From Octopus bimaculoides (taxonomy: Eukaryota): 64,000 nucleotides of DNA. The stretch lies in the NCBI RefSeq assembly GCF_001194135.2, contig NC_069000.1, positions 10,661,641 through 10,725,640 on the forward strand, written 5' to 3'. Shown one piece after another: positions 37,411 through 49,392 of the stretch. Below the pieces are notes generated by a model. The model made no database searches. It saw only the letters and a program-made list of their open reading frames with translations, and was not told where the DNA came from. Both the position numbers and the translations under genes were made by a program. Position 1 is the first letter of the stretch. Each line of letters starts with the position of its first letter.

Positions 37411-37583
37411 GTGTATTGACAATGGAATGGCTGCATGGTTAAGAAGTTTGTTTCACAGCTGTGTAATTTACAGCTCATTCCTACTTTGTGGCACCATGTA
37501 CAAGTGTCTGTAGCCTGGTACCAACAAATGCTTCAAGAATGAAGTCGGCAGAGAGAAACTACACAAAAGTTAGTATATAAGTA

Positions 37584-37617
<34 letters not shown>

Positions 37618-37654
37618 CATATATATGCAGTAGAATAGTATAGTTTCACAATGG

Positions 37655-37866
37655 GCAATGGTGAAAACTCCCTTCAGTCATGAATGACCATGGGATTGCA
37701 CCTAGAAAGTTTCCCTACAAGGCACAAGTCAAGCCAAGGTTATTTATGGAAGACCAGCAGTCGCTCAGGCATACCAGCCTTACCTCTCCACGCCACCAGT
37801 GTTATCCAAGAGAAAGGCTGATACAGCTTGGCACCATTGATGTCACAACTCATCTCTACAGCTGAG
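37655..37866 (-). mobile_element. 3' part of a tRNA-SINE (family G tail), fused to a family C 3' end (37867-37968, +)
   Basis: CCCTTCAGTCATGAATGACCATGGGATTGCACCTAGAAAGTT...GATACAGCTTGGCACC...CAACTCAT.TCTACAGCTGAGTG. The last motif is the reverse of CACTCAG(A/C)TG seen in SINE D. Confidence 0.6.
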
Positions 37867-37912
37867 TGCCAAACCGTCCAACCCATGCCAGCATGGAAAG
37901 CGGACGTTAAAC

Positions 37913-37969
<57 letters not shown>

Positions 37970-39628
37970 ATGTTTTCATTATTTTTTTTTTAAGCCTGAA
38001 ATGTTGAAATATTAGGTAAAAGTACAATCTGTTCATCTGAGAAATTAAATTTTTATAACAAGTATCTTCTACTATAGCCTCAGGCCAACCAATGACATCA
38101 GAGTAAATTTGTAATGGTNNNNNNNNNNNNNNNNNNNNNNNNNNNNNNNNNNNNNNNNNNNNNNNNNNNNNNNNNNNNNNNNNNNNNNNNNNNNNNNNNN
38201 NNNNNNNNNNNNNNNNNNNNNNNNNNNNNNNNNNNNNNNNNNNNNNNNNNNNNNNNNNNNNNNNNNNNNNNNNNNNNNNNNNNNNNNNNNNNNNNNNNNN
38301 NNNNNNNNNNNNNNNNNNNNNNNNNNNNNNNNNNNNNNNNNNNNNNNNNNNNNNNNNNNNNNNNNNNNNNNNNNNNNNNNNNNNNNNNNNNNNNNNNNNN
38401 NNNNNNNNNNNNNNNNNNNNNNNNNNNNNNNNNNNNNNNNNNNNNNNNNNNNNNNNNNNNNNNNNNNNNNNNNNNNNNNNNNNNNNNNNNNNNNNNNNNN
38501 AAATTTTCCATTCGACCAGATTAAATGACTAGATGTTCAAAATAAGGAAATCTTTAACTTTTTATTTATGTACTCTAACGTGACATATAACAGGATGTAT
38601 TAATTTTGTCCATGTTTGACAAATGCAATTCTCATTGCATTACAGGGATGTGATGCAGTAAATGAGATTTTGTTTTTTGTTTGTTTCACCTTCAATTCCT
38701 TTCTATTCACGAATCTTTCAGTTGTTTTCAGTTTAATTATTTCACATGTCCCATCACAGAAGGGAGAGGATCTCTGCAGTTTGTCACCTGCTTTATTTCT
38801 TCTTCTGATGTGAATTGCACCTTTGTTAAATGTTTTTTTTTTTTTAAATCGAATGGTTGCTTTTGGCTGTTGATGATTTGTGATTATTCAATTATTTTTC
38901 TAAGATTTGACGATTGATGTAAAATTGGAAGGTATCATTTAACCGAATGTAAAATGATGTGGTTTCTAGGATCATGAGTGACTGCAAATGGAATATTTTC
39001 ATTCATGTTTGTATTTTCACCTTCAATGTGAGGGCATCTCCATAAGGCAGAGATTGCAATTTCTGTTAGTCTGATTTATTAGATTTTGGAGAAATTTTTT
39101 GTTTTCGGAAAAAAGTGTTTGGAAACTCACAAGAGAACTGAAAAGCAGAAGGTCATCTTCGGAGGAGGAACCCTGCTACAAGCAAATGTTCCAGCCCTTA
39201 ACTTCTTACACTCTGAGAGGGCTGGGTCACGACTCCTAGCTGTCCTTCAGTGACAAGTTTTAACTACTTGGATATCAGAAATTTGTGTATTTAAGCCTCT
39301 TGGAGATCTTTCATCTAGTTGTGTAACTCTTCTGCATTGATTCAGCTTTCGAATATAAATTCCAAGAAGAAATAACATTGGTTGCCATGGTAGCAATGAA
39401 GCATCAACGCTGTTATTACAATGACTCACTCAGAGTTATTCTGTTAACATTAAATCAAAAATATTGTTTTCAAATGATATGGAGGTCATTTAGTTCTGCC
39501 AGTTGTTCTACTCATCTATTTGCATCTGTAACTATTAAGTATATACTTCTCATCATATTGAATGGGATATTCCTTCAAGTGTGTGAAGAGTGGCAAGTTC
39601 TGAAACACGTGTGTGTATGTGAAGGGAA

Positions 39629-39805
39629 GGCGTGTGGCTTAGTGGTTAGGGTATTTGGCCCATGATCATAAGGTTCTGAGTTCGATTCCATGCAGCGCAT
39701 TGCAGCCTTGAGCAAGACACTTTATTCCACATTACTCCAGTTCACTCAGATGGCAAAAAATGAGTTGTACCTGTATTTCAAAGGGCCAGCTTTGTCACAC
39801 TTTGC
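39629..39805 (+). mobile_element. tRNA-derived SINE family D (5' half)
   Basis: GGCGTGTGGCTTAGTGGTTAGG (A box)...GAGTTCGATTCC (B box)...CCTTGAGCAAGACACTTT. Confidence 0.85.
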
Positions 39806-39854
39806 CATTAATTTTGTGAAACCATATAACACACATCTCTCATTATTCTTTTCT

Positions 39855-40055
39855 TTTCTACTCTAGGCATAAGGCCTGAAATTTTGGGGCAGCGGGGGCC
39901 AGTCGATTAGATCGACCATAGTACACAACTGGTACTTAATTTATTGATCCTGAAAGGACGAAAGGCAAAGTTGACCTCGGTGGAATTTGAACTCAGAACG
40001 TAAAGAGACAAAATATCACTAAGCATTTCACCCGGCAAAATACCGCTAAGCATTC
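39855..40055 (-). mobile_element. Family B SINE
   Basis: AGGCATAAGGCCTGAAATTTTGGGG...AGTCGATTAGATCGACC...GGCAAAGTTGACCTCGGTGGAATTTGAACTCAGAACG. Confidence 0.88.
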
Positions 40056-40089
40056 AGAGTCGATAAAATAAGGGACCACTTATGCACTG

Positions 40090-40390
40090 GAAAAGTTGAT
40101 GTTAGTTGCCTGCCCTTTCTTTGCTGCTCTCATTATTGCCTTAGGATATATGTTAAAGAGTTGCAGAGAAAGGATGCAGCCCTGGCAGATGCCTTGTTCA
40201 ACGTCAAACCAGTCTGTTAGGTCATAGATTGTTTGAACAACTGCACTATGTTACACATACAAGTTTTTGATAAGGTCTACTATATGAGAAGAGAATCTCA
40301 TTTTGATGATATTGATCCAGAGGACATCATGTGAAACATTATCGAAAGCACTTGTATAATCAATGAAACATAAAAAGATGTCATTGTTAT
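40090..40390 (-). mobile_element. Decayed reverse-transcriptase fragment of an RTE-clade LINE
   Basis: The minus strand reads DIFLCFIDYTSAFDNVSHDVLWINIIKMRFSSHIVDLIKNLYV*HSAVVQTIYDLTDWFDVEQGICQGCILSLQLFNIYPKAIMRAA, containing the RT motifs FID..KAFD and G.RQGC.LSP.LFN. Not in the ORF track because of a stop. Confidence 0.92.
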
Positions 40391-40398
40391 ATTAATGT

Positions 40399-40615
40399 GG
40401 TGAGCAGGCAGAATCGTTAGCATGCCAAGCAAAATGTTCAGCAGCATTTCTTCTGTCTTTTTTCCATTCTGAGTTCAAATTCCACTGAGGTCAATTTTGC
40501 CTTTCATCCTCTCGGGGTCAACAAAATAAGCACCAGCTAATCACTGGGGTTGATGTAACTGAGTACCCCGCCTCCACAATATGGCTGATTTTGGGTTAAA
40601 ATTTGAAACCATTAT
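40399..40615 (+). mobile_element. Family B SINE, near full length
   Basis: GGTGAGCAGGCAGAATCGTTAGC...CTGAGTTCAAATTCC...TGCCTTTCATCCTCTCGGGGTCAACAAAATAAGCACCAG. The central segment resembles the Meta-SINE core (recalled, unverified). Confidence 0.85.
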
Positions 40616-40814
40616 TATATTCATAATTCTTTTCATTTACCATTTTAAGGTTCAGTGTCTGGTTTCTTGTTCCTCTTTTGGGGTTAAAAACCTGCCTGTT
40701 CTTCACTAATTTCTTCCTCTGGCTTCATTTCCATATATATATNNNNNNNNNNNNNNNNNNNNNNNNNNNNNNNNNNNNNNNNNNNNNNNNNNNNNNNNNN
40801 NNNNNNNNNNNNNN

Positions 40815-40843
<29 letters not shown>

Positions 40844-40848
<5 letters not shown>

Positions 40849-40988
40849 GCTTCTTTCAGTTTCCATCTATCAAATCCAATCACAAGGCTTTATAAGAAGA
40901 CACTTTTCAAAGGTACCATACAGAGAGACTGAACCCAGAACCATTTTGTTGGGAAGCAAACTTCTTACCACACAGCCACACCTGCACC
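40844..40988 (-). mobile_element. Family A SINE
   Basis: GATGGGCTTCTTTCAGTTTCCATCTA...CTTCTTACCACACAGCCACACCTGCACC, preceded by (TA)n and a gap. Confidence 0.85.
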
Positions 40989-41274
40989 CATATGTTTATA
41001 TATAATTACATGTAATATATACGTATACTTACACATATATATATATGGGTCCATGTCTGTATGTGTGTATATGTGTGCAGGTGTGTATACATATTGATCA
41101 TTTCATTTCCATTTAGTTTTCCATGCTATGTAAGTATGTGTATGCGTATGTGGCCATCACATCATTACGTGTATATGTGCAGGCACCTGCTTACTTTTAC
41201 GTATGAACGTGCGTTTGTCATCTGTGAAAATATACTCTTCCGTGCATTCAACTCTGTGTGTATATATGTATATG

Positions 41275-41306
<32 letters not shown>

Positions 41307-41502
41307 TGTGTGTATGTGTGTATGCCTATACACACACATAGAGGAAGAGGAGACAATAGACAGATAGTTTTAGAGATAAATAAGTTTGCATATTTGCAGG
41401 CCTGCATTGCATGTATCTATATATGCGTGTGTATATGATGGCTAAATGTGCAGATGAATGTATATCTGTGAGTGTACAAATGCAATAATGCATGTGCACA
41501 TA

Positions 41503-41545
<43 letters not shown>

Positions 41546-41905
41546 NNNNNNNNNNNNNNNNNNNNNNNNNNNNNNNNNNNNNNNNNNNNNNNNNNNNNNN
41601 NNNNNNNNNNNNNNNNNNNNNNNNNNNNNNNNNNNNNNNNNNNNNNNNNNNNNNNNNNNNNNNNNNNNNNNNNNNNNNNNNNNNNNNNNNNNNNNNNNNN
41701 NNNNNNNNNNNNNNNNNNNNNNNNNNNNNNNNNNNNNNNNNNNNNNNNNNNNNNNNNNNNNNNNNNNNNNNNNNNNNNNNNNNNNNNNNNNNNNNNNNNN
41801 NNNNNNNNNNNNNNNNNNNNNNNNNNNNNNNNNNNNNNNNNNNNNNNNNNNNNNNNNNNNNNNNNNNNNNNNNNNNNNNNNNNNNNNNNNNNNNNNNNNN
41901 NNNNN

Positions 41906-41942
<37 letters not shown>

Positions 41943-42753
41943 TATTATATATATATAGTGTGTCTGTGTGTGTGTGTGTGTGCATTGGACATACACTTAC
42001 GTCCACTAGATATTGAAATGAAGTAGATATCCAGTACAAGTGTTTCAGAGCAACTCGAGTGATATTATAATTTGTCAAACAACAAGATATTATAAAAACT
42101 AAACAAACGTTAACTTCCAATACTTTTTCAAGTGGATTTTATCATTTACTTATTTTCTTTTCTCTCTTGTTTTTTTTTTATAATTGTTTTTTTTTTAATT
42201 TTGTTTTTTTCTCAGCTTTCATAATTAAAAAGTCTTTTCGACTTAAGTTATTTACACAGAGAATTGGATGAGCAGAATTGGTGAGTTTTTCCAACGAAAG
42301 GTTTTGCAGTACTTGGCAGCATTTCCTTGTTTTGCATTCTGACTTCAAATCCTTCTGCAACTAACCTTGGGGTAGATTTGTTTGGCTAAATCCCCCCAAG
42401 GCAGTGCTCCAGCATGGCAACAGTCAAATGACTGAAACAAATAAAAGAATGAAAGAACATACCAGTTAAACACTCATCATATAAATACCTCTGACGATAC
42501 ATAATCCCACTGGCTATTCTGTCTTGGAAATTACTCATCTGGACTCTTTAATAGAAGACAAAGATATGAAATGTATATTTATTTTTTCCTCAATAGTAGC
42601 CATTTTAAGAAATAAAGTCTATTAAAATATCGGTTACATGATTTATGGCATTTAGTAAAAATAGTGGTTTTTGTTTGGAAGTAAGTAATAAAAAAGAGCA
42701 AAAAAACAAAAAATAAAATAAGATAAGTTTGACAGCCACAAACAAAATTTTTG

Positions 42754-42788
<35 letters not shown>

Positions 42789-43230
42789 NNNNNNNNNNNN
42801 NNNNNNNNNNNNNNNNNNNNNNNNNNNNNNNNNNNNNNNNNNNNNNNNNNNNNNNNNNNNNNNNNNNNNNNNNNNNNNNNNNNNNNNNNNNNNNNNNNNN
42901 NNNNNNNNNNNNNNNNNNNNNNNNNNNNNNNNNNNNNNNNNNNNNNNNNNNNNNNNNNNNNNNNNNNNNNNNNNNNNNNNNNNNNNNNNNNNNNNNNNNN
43001 NNNNNNNNNNNNNNNNNNNNNNNNNNNNNNNNNNNNNNNNNNNNNNNNNNNNNNNNNNNNNNNNNNNNNNNNNNNNNNNNNNNNNNNNNNNNNNNNNNNN
43101 NNNNNNNNNNNNNNNNNNNNNNNNNNNNNTATATGAACACAATAATTTAATTCAGTCAAAAAAGAAATTAAAACTACAAAATTTCCATTTATATACTTTG
43201 AAGACTATGTAATTATATAATGTATATGTG

Positions 43231-43273
<43 letters not shown>

Positions 43274-44269
43274 CTATCTATCTATCTATCTATCTATCTC
43301 TCTATCTCTCTCTATATATATATATAAATATTATGTAATCATAATATATATATATATATGTACATAAAAAAATGTGTGCATGTCTGTGTGTGTACATATA
43401 TGTGTGTTGTGTGTGTGTGTGTGTGTATTTACATATATATGCATGTATACGGAGAGTTTATTACACTTACAAAGAAGCTATATTTACTTGATATCATATT
43501 AATACTCATTAACAAATACGCACGCACACACACACACACACACACACACTCATAGACACATACATATACACACTCACACACAACACACAAACTCTCCTAG
43601 TCATGCAAACACAAACACATGCACACACACATACCACACAACAGAAAGAAATATGAAAGATATATTTCAAAGAATTTTCGAAATCCATCTTTCTTCTCTA
43701 TTTTTCAATGAAATATTGGATCGCTGGAATTATAATATATTTGATATTTTGGTGAATATCGCTAATTTTCAGAAGAATTGCATTCGGCTTTGTGTATTAT
43801 AATGTGAATATTGTTTGAATAACTATAAAAGCCTAGTTTTAATAATGTCTAGGATTCTTTTATTAGTGATTTGGTTTTTCTGTCTGGTTTGGGGTCATAC
43901 ACTTTTTCCGTTTCATTCTATTTAACAGAATTTAATTGATTATTTGATTAAAGGAATTGATTGTAATCTGTAAATATATCATGTATATGTGCGTGTGTGT
44001 GCATGTGTGTGTGTGTGTGTGGAGAGTGTGTGCGTGTTTGTACGTCGTTATCATCATCATCATCAAAACCACCACCATCATCCTCATCATCATCATCATT
44101 AACATCATCATCACCACCACCACCACCACCATTAGCTTTGATCATCATCATCATCATCATCATCATCACCCCACCATTATCTTTGTTGTCAGCCGAAACG
44201 TTGTTAACAACAAAGAAGATGAGGACAAATATCCGTCAATTGTAAATGATGTAAATAATGTAAATAATG

Positions 44270-44520
44270 TAGCACTGGTGCTATCGCCATGTAGGAAGCA
44301 CTGGTTCTAGTGCCACATGAAAATACTGTTGCTGGTGCCACATCAAAAGCACAGGTACTGGTGCCGCATGAAAAGCATTGATGCTGGTGCCACATAAAAA
44401 TCACTAGTGCTAATGCCACATAAAGAGCACCGGTGCTGATGCCCACATGAAATGCATTGGTGCTGGTGATCACACCACATAAAAAGCACTGGTGCTGGTG
44501 CCACATAAAAATCACTGACA
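44270..44520 (+). repeat. About six tandem GCACTGGTGCTGGTGCCACATAAAAA-like units (family C internal repeat)
   Basis: Repeated GTGCCACAT modules about 35-40 bp apart; the same motif is reversed at 10780-10930. Confidence 0.75.
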
Positions 44521-45579
44521 TTGATGTTCCAGTTATCGCAAAACAAGAGCCATTGCTATTTGAAAATTGAACATATGAAATGGTCGTTGTTAACAGCATC
44601 AAGCTATAAATTACTTCTCACAATCTGTCAAACGAAATGTCTAAATTTGTAAGCCATGATCGTATTAAGTAACAATTGCTAAACTATTTTTAAAATAGTT
44701 ATTGCAATGTGAGAAAGATTGAATTAAAAAAAACATGAGGCTTATTTGTTTGAATAAATATGTTTCACCAATTGTTGTGCCTCTGACAACATGTAGCTTT
44801 GTGGTTATGGGTGCTGCATTCATAATCATAAGATCGTGTTTCAGTTCTCAAACCGGTCATTGCCTGATGTTCATCATCATCATCATCATCGTCATAATCA
44901 TTTAACGTCTGTTTTCCCTGCCAGCAGGGAAAACAGACGTTAGGTGCAGGAGTGGAGTGGCTGTGTGCTACGTAGCTTGCTTACCAACCACATGGTTCTG
45001 TTTGGCTTTTGCTTTGTATTTGTACAAATTGACTCCAAACCTCACCCAGAGACCTCAAGAGACAACAAGTTAGAAGTTCAAGTTGGTGTTATGACTAGGG
45101 TGCCATTTGGGTTTTGCTCAAAGCATTGTTCTAGAGAATGTCTATCAAAACAAGAAAATTAGAAGTTTGTTTTAAAAGTAATTTGATTATAAGATAATAG
45201 TGTGATCTTAAGATAACAGTAAAAGGTGTTTGCTATTATGCACATTTAAAAGTACTTTTGACAATATTTACAGATTAAAATATTTTGGAGATTACATAGA
45301 CAATATTTTTGTAGGATATGAACAGTTTCCATGAGCACTATTTTTTGAATTTCTGCCATTTTTGGATTTCCTGGTATCATAGATGCACATATCATCAGCC
45401 ACTAAGGGATATGCTCAACTGGTTTAGGTCAAACAACTGACAAGCAAATCTGTGGTATTAAGCAGAATATTTGCTGTAGCTCATCCAAGACAAAACAATG
45501 TACATGATAACACTTCCAATCAATTAAGATCAGAAGCCATGAGAGCCACTACTCAGTACTGCATCAGGGCATTTTATTA

Positions 45580-45950
45580 TTATTACCTCCGACTTAGTGG
45601 AGGCAGAGCTATTGTTTTCAGTCATGTTTGTTTGTTTTTCTGTGGACAAGATATCTCAAGAATTGCTGGATGGATTCAGAGGAATCACTGGATGGATTTG
45701 CAGGAAACTTTCAGGGATGTTTGGCCTCATGACTGGCACGAACTGATTAGATTTAGGGATTGATCCAGTACCGGACAAGGATTCTGGATTATTTTTCTTG
45801 TTTTTTTTACTTAATTTTTGAGAGCAGTCTAGTTCATTTCTAGTATTCTCATTTGTGAGAGCAGTCAAGTTTATTTCAGATATTCTCATTTTAAAAATCA
45901 TCTCTGGCTAATCATTGAGAGGGCATTGGTGTTGCCTCTCTGAGTACTTT
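45580..45950 (+). mobile_element. HINE/DINE-1-like non-autonomous (Helentron-type) element
   Basis: Starts in a T-rich site with TTATTACCTCCGACTTAGTGGAGG (short inverted repeat CCTCC/GGAGG), followed by a (TTTG)n microsatellite and internal short duplications. A 3' hairpin GAGAGGGCA...TGCCTCTC precedes a T-run. Confidence 0.55.
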
Positions 45951-46309
45951 TGTTATTGTTGTTGTTGTTATTATTATCGTCATTGTTATTATTATTATTA
46001 TTATTTTGCTTTTGTTTATCTATGTATTTTGCAATGACCAGAATTTGAAAAACAGAAACGAAATTAAATTATTATTATTTTTTTTCCAATTCCACTATTT
46101 TACTTCAAAACGATATACAAATAAATAAATAAAATGAATAATTTCTAGTATTCTTCACCCTATAATAATAATTCAAAAACAAGAGTTTTCATTCTGTAAC
46201 CAAGATAAAAAGAAAATCACTGTCTGCCCTGAAACAACATGGTTGCCATGCCTAAAACAAAATGTTTAAAAAATTCACTGGTTCTCTTTCAAAAAAAAAA
46301 ACTAATATC

Positions 46310-46515
46310 CTTGAAATATCCTTGAAAGGCTTGAAATTTGGGGAAGAGGGAACGAGTTAATTACTTCAACCCCAGTTCTCAAATGGTATTTATTTTATCG
46401 ACTCCAAAAGAATGACAGCAAAGTCAACCTCAGTAGAATTTGAATTCAGAATGTAAAGATGGGCGAAATGTTGTTAAGCATTTTTGTTTGTCATGCTAAT
46501 AATTCTGCCAGCTCT
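46310..46515 (-). mobile_element. Family B SINE
   Basis: GGCTTGAAATTTGGGGAAGAGGG...CAAAGTCAACCTCAGTAGAATTTGAATTCAGAATG...TCTGCCAGCTC. Confidence 0.8.
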
Positions 46516-46727
46516 CTGACCAACTGAAATCAAATATTAACCATGTGAAAGGTTGGGGAACGGTTTGTTTGTATGTTTTTTGTTTGTTTGTTTTTTTTTC
46601 TTTTTGCTTTGTGGATTCAGTTTTCTAGTCAGTAGAAGTAACTAGAAGGAGAAATATTCTTAAAGTACATATATGTGCATCATCATCATTATCATCATCA
46701 CAAGACATTAATATTTAGCACTTCTGA

Positions 46728-47165
46728 GGTGGTGAGCTGGCAGAATCGTTAGCACGCTAGGCAAAATGTTTAGTGGCTTTTCGTCTGTCTGCCATGAAGC
46801 AGCATGGCTGCCATGCCTAAAATGAAATTGTTTTAAAATTCATTGGTTCTCCATCAAAAGACTGCAATATCCTTTGTGTTATAGGCTCAGGGTTTGAAAT
46901 TTGGGGAGAGAGGGCTAATCAATTACTTCAACCCCTGTTCTCAAATGATATTTATTTTATCAACCCCCCAAAAGGATGAGCTCAAGTTCTGTTGAGGTTG
47001 ATTTTGCCCTTTGTCCTTTCAGGGTCAATAAAATAAGTACCAGTTGAGTACTGGGGTCGAGGTAATTGACAGCCCCCCCCCCCCCACACACACNNNNNNN
47101 NNNNNNNNNNNACACACACACACTTCCTCAAAATTTCAGTCCTTGTGCCTATTAGTAGAAAGGAA
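46728..47165 (+). mobile_element. Family B SINE interrupted by a templated insertion of about 190 bp
   Basis: Head GGTGAGCTGGCAGAATCGTTAGCACG...TCGTCTGTCT at 46728-46790. The body resumes at about 46977 (TGAGCTCAAGTTCTGTTGAGGTTG...) and ends ...GTCCTTGTGCCTATTAGTAGAAAGG. Confidence 0.8.
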
Positions 47166-47330
47166 TATTTAACACTCCTTTACAGAAGCAGAAGATTTAC
47201 GAGCAGAAGAATACAACAAAAATGATTAAGTAATTGCCTGGAAATAAGGCGTGCTTATTCATAAACGGCCATGAAATCATACAAATTGGTCGTATAAAGT
47301 TTTTAGATCAAGCAACCAAAACATGTCTTG

Positions 47331-48870
47331 AGTGGAAACAACATACAAATATAATATCTAATATATCAAAAGCAACTGCAACCATAAGATTAAAAATGTC
47401 TTCATCATTCTGACTTAAAGAAAATCTCCTATACGTTAATTAATCTCTTGTGCTAATAAAAATGACATTCATTTAAATGATATTCATTTCAAAGGTATCT
47501 ATTTAAATGACATCTGTTGTTCAAATCGTAGCAAACGTACAGATTTATGATAAAAGAATTCATATACATGCAATTTTTAACAGATCAAAGAATACATATA
47601 CATGCAATTTTTAACCAACTTGGATTATTGTCAATTTTGTATGTAAACTGTATAAGTATAAATCTGTTTATGATTAATAGTAAAATACAATAAAGAATTT
47701 TTTTTTAAATATACTGTTGCCAAATTTTGGCAATTCATTGAATGTTGTATATATAACGATAGTGGGAAAAGGGTAAACTATTTCAATGATTAAAAGCGAA
47801 AGATAAACAAAGAATCACATAATTAATTGGCAAAAATCATCATGAGAGTTTAAAAAAAAAGATACAGAGAGAATTAGTGTAAAAAACTGAAGTCAATAGG
47901 GGAAAATAAAATTGAAACTGAAAAATAGTGATAAGGAGACGGTAAAGATGATAAAAGTTACACAGACGTATAGGCGTAGGAGTGGTTCCGGGTTCAGTCC
48001 CATTGCATGGCATCTTGAGCAAGTGTCTTCTACTATAGCCTCGGGCCGACCAAAGCCTTGTGAGTGGATTTGGTAGACAGAAACTGAAAGAAGCCCGTCG
48101 TATATATATATNNNNNNNNNNNNNNNNNNNNNNNNNTATGTTTGTCCCTCCAACATCGCTTGACAACCAATGTTGGTGTGTTTACGTCCCCGTAACTTAG
48201 CGGTTTGGCAAAAAGAGATCGATAGAATAAGTACTAGGCTTCCAAAGAATAAGTCCTGGGGTCGATTTGCTCGACTAAAGGCAGTGCTCCAGCATGGCCA
48301 CGGTCAAATGACTGAAACAAGTAAAAGAGTAAAAGAGAGAGAGACGATGGATGTCTAATACATGACATATGTTTACATAAACACATTTTTACATACATGC
48401 AATCTTCTGTCCATGGCATACACATTTTTACACACATGCACATTCACTTACACACATTTCTATAGAGGCATAACAACAGTTTAAGGAGAAGGATAAATTT
48501 GCCAAGCATTTGATGGGGGGGGGGTAAAGAAGCAGTAGTTGATATGCTGTAGGAGCTGAGCAGAAACATTTACAAATAGTATCTCATGTATGAAAAAACA
48601 AGCGTAACAAGATTAAACATGTCTTAATCATTGTAGCTTAAAGAAAATAAACTATGTATTAATTAATCTCTTATGTTAATAAAAATGACATTCATTTAAA
48701 TGATATTCATTTCAAAGGTATCTATTTAAATGACATCTGTTGTTCAAATCATAGCAAACGTACAGATTTATGATAAAAGCACAAATCAAAGAAGTCATAC
48801 GCATGCAATTTTTAATCAGCTTGGAATATTGTCAGTTAATATGTAAACTGTATAAGCATAAGTCTGTATT
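47331..48870. repeat. Local direct duplication (47331-47670 and 48555-48870)
   Basis: 103-bp cores at 47454-47556 and 48677-48779 differ at one base; the flanks align with many substitutions and indels. Confidence 0.9.
47969..48340 (+). mobile_element. Composite SINE: family A head (internally deleted), (TA)n/gap, tail E
   Basis: A head to 48102, a microsatellite and gap, then TGTTTGTCCCTCCAACATCGCTTGACAACC...GTGCTCCAGCATGGCCACGGTCAAATGACTGAAACAAGTAAAAGAG. Confidence 0.85.
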
Positions 48871-49187
48871 TAAAAGCACCTCCACCTTGGTCAGAGAAAT
48901 GTACATAGTTGCCAAATTTTGGTTTTGTAGTCCATTGAACTTTGTACATAATAAGAATGGTAGACAAAGGAAAAGATACAGCACCGATTGAAGATCAGGT
49001 ATCTCCACAAGGTAGGTGTGAGGTGAGTAGAAGTGTGATGGGACAATGGAACTAGGTGTGTGAGTGGGTGTGGCTCGAAACATAAAAGACTTTCTCACCT
49101 TCCTGAACATCAAACTAATACACCTGTTTGTTGTTTATACACCTGTCTTTGTCTTTTGTTTTTCTGTAAATTTCAACTATATATATA

Positions 49188-49392
49188 TCATCATCATCAT
49201 CGTTTAACGTCCGCTTTCCATGCTAGCATGGGTTGGACGATTTGACTGAGGACTGGTGAAACTGGATGGCAACACCAGGCTCCAATCTAAATTTGGCAGA
49301 GTTTCTACAGCTGGATGCCCTTCCTAACGCCAACCACTCAGAGAGTGTAGTAGGTGCTTTTACGTGTCACCTGCACGAAGGCCAGTCAGGCG
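49188..49392 (-). mobile_element. Young family C retroposon
   Basis: Near-identical to the reverse of 52375-52545 and to 61357-61530. Confidence 0.92.

Noticed and set aside
39120-39255. Open frame containing VIFGGGTLL (antibody J-segment-like)
   Set aside because: A coincidental short motif in an invertebrate-type repeat landscape; no recombination signal or domain context.
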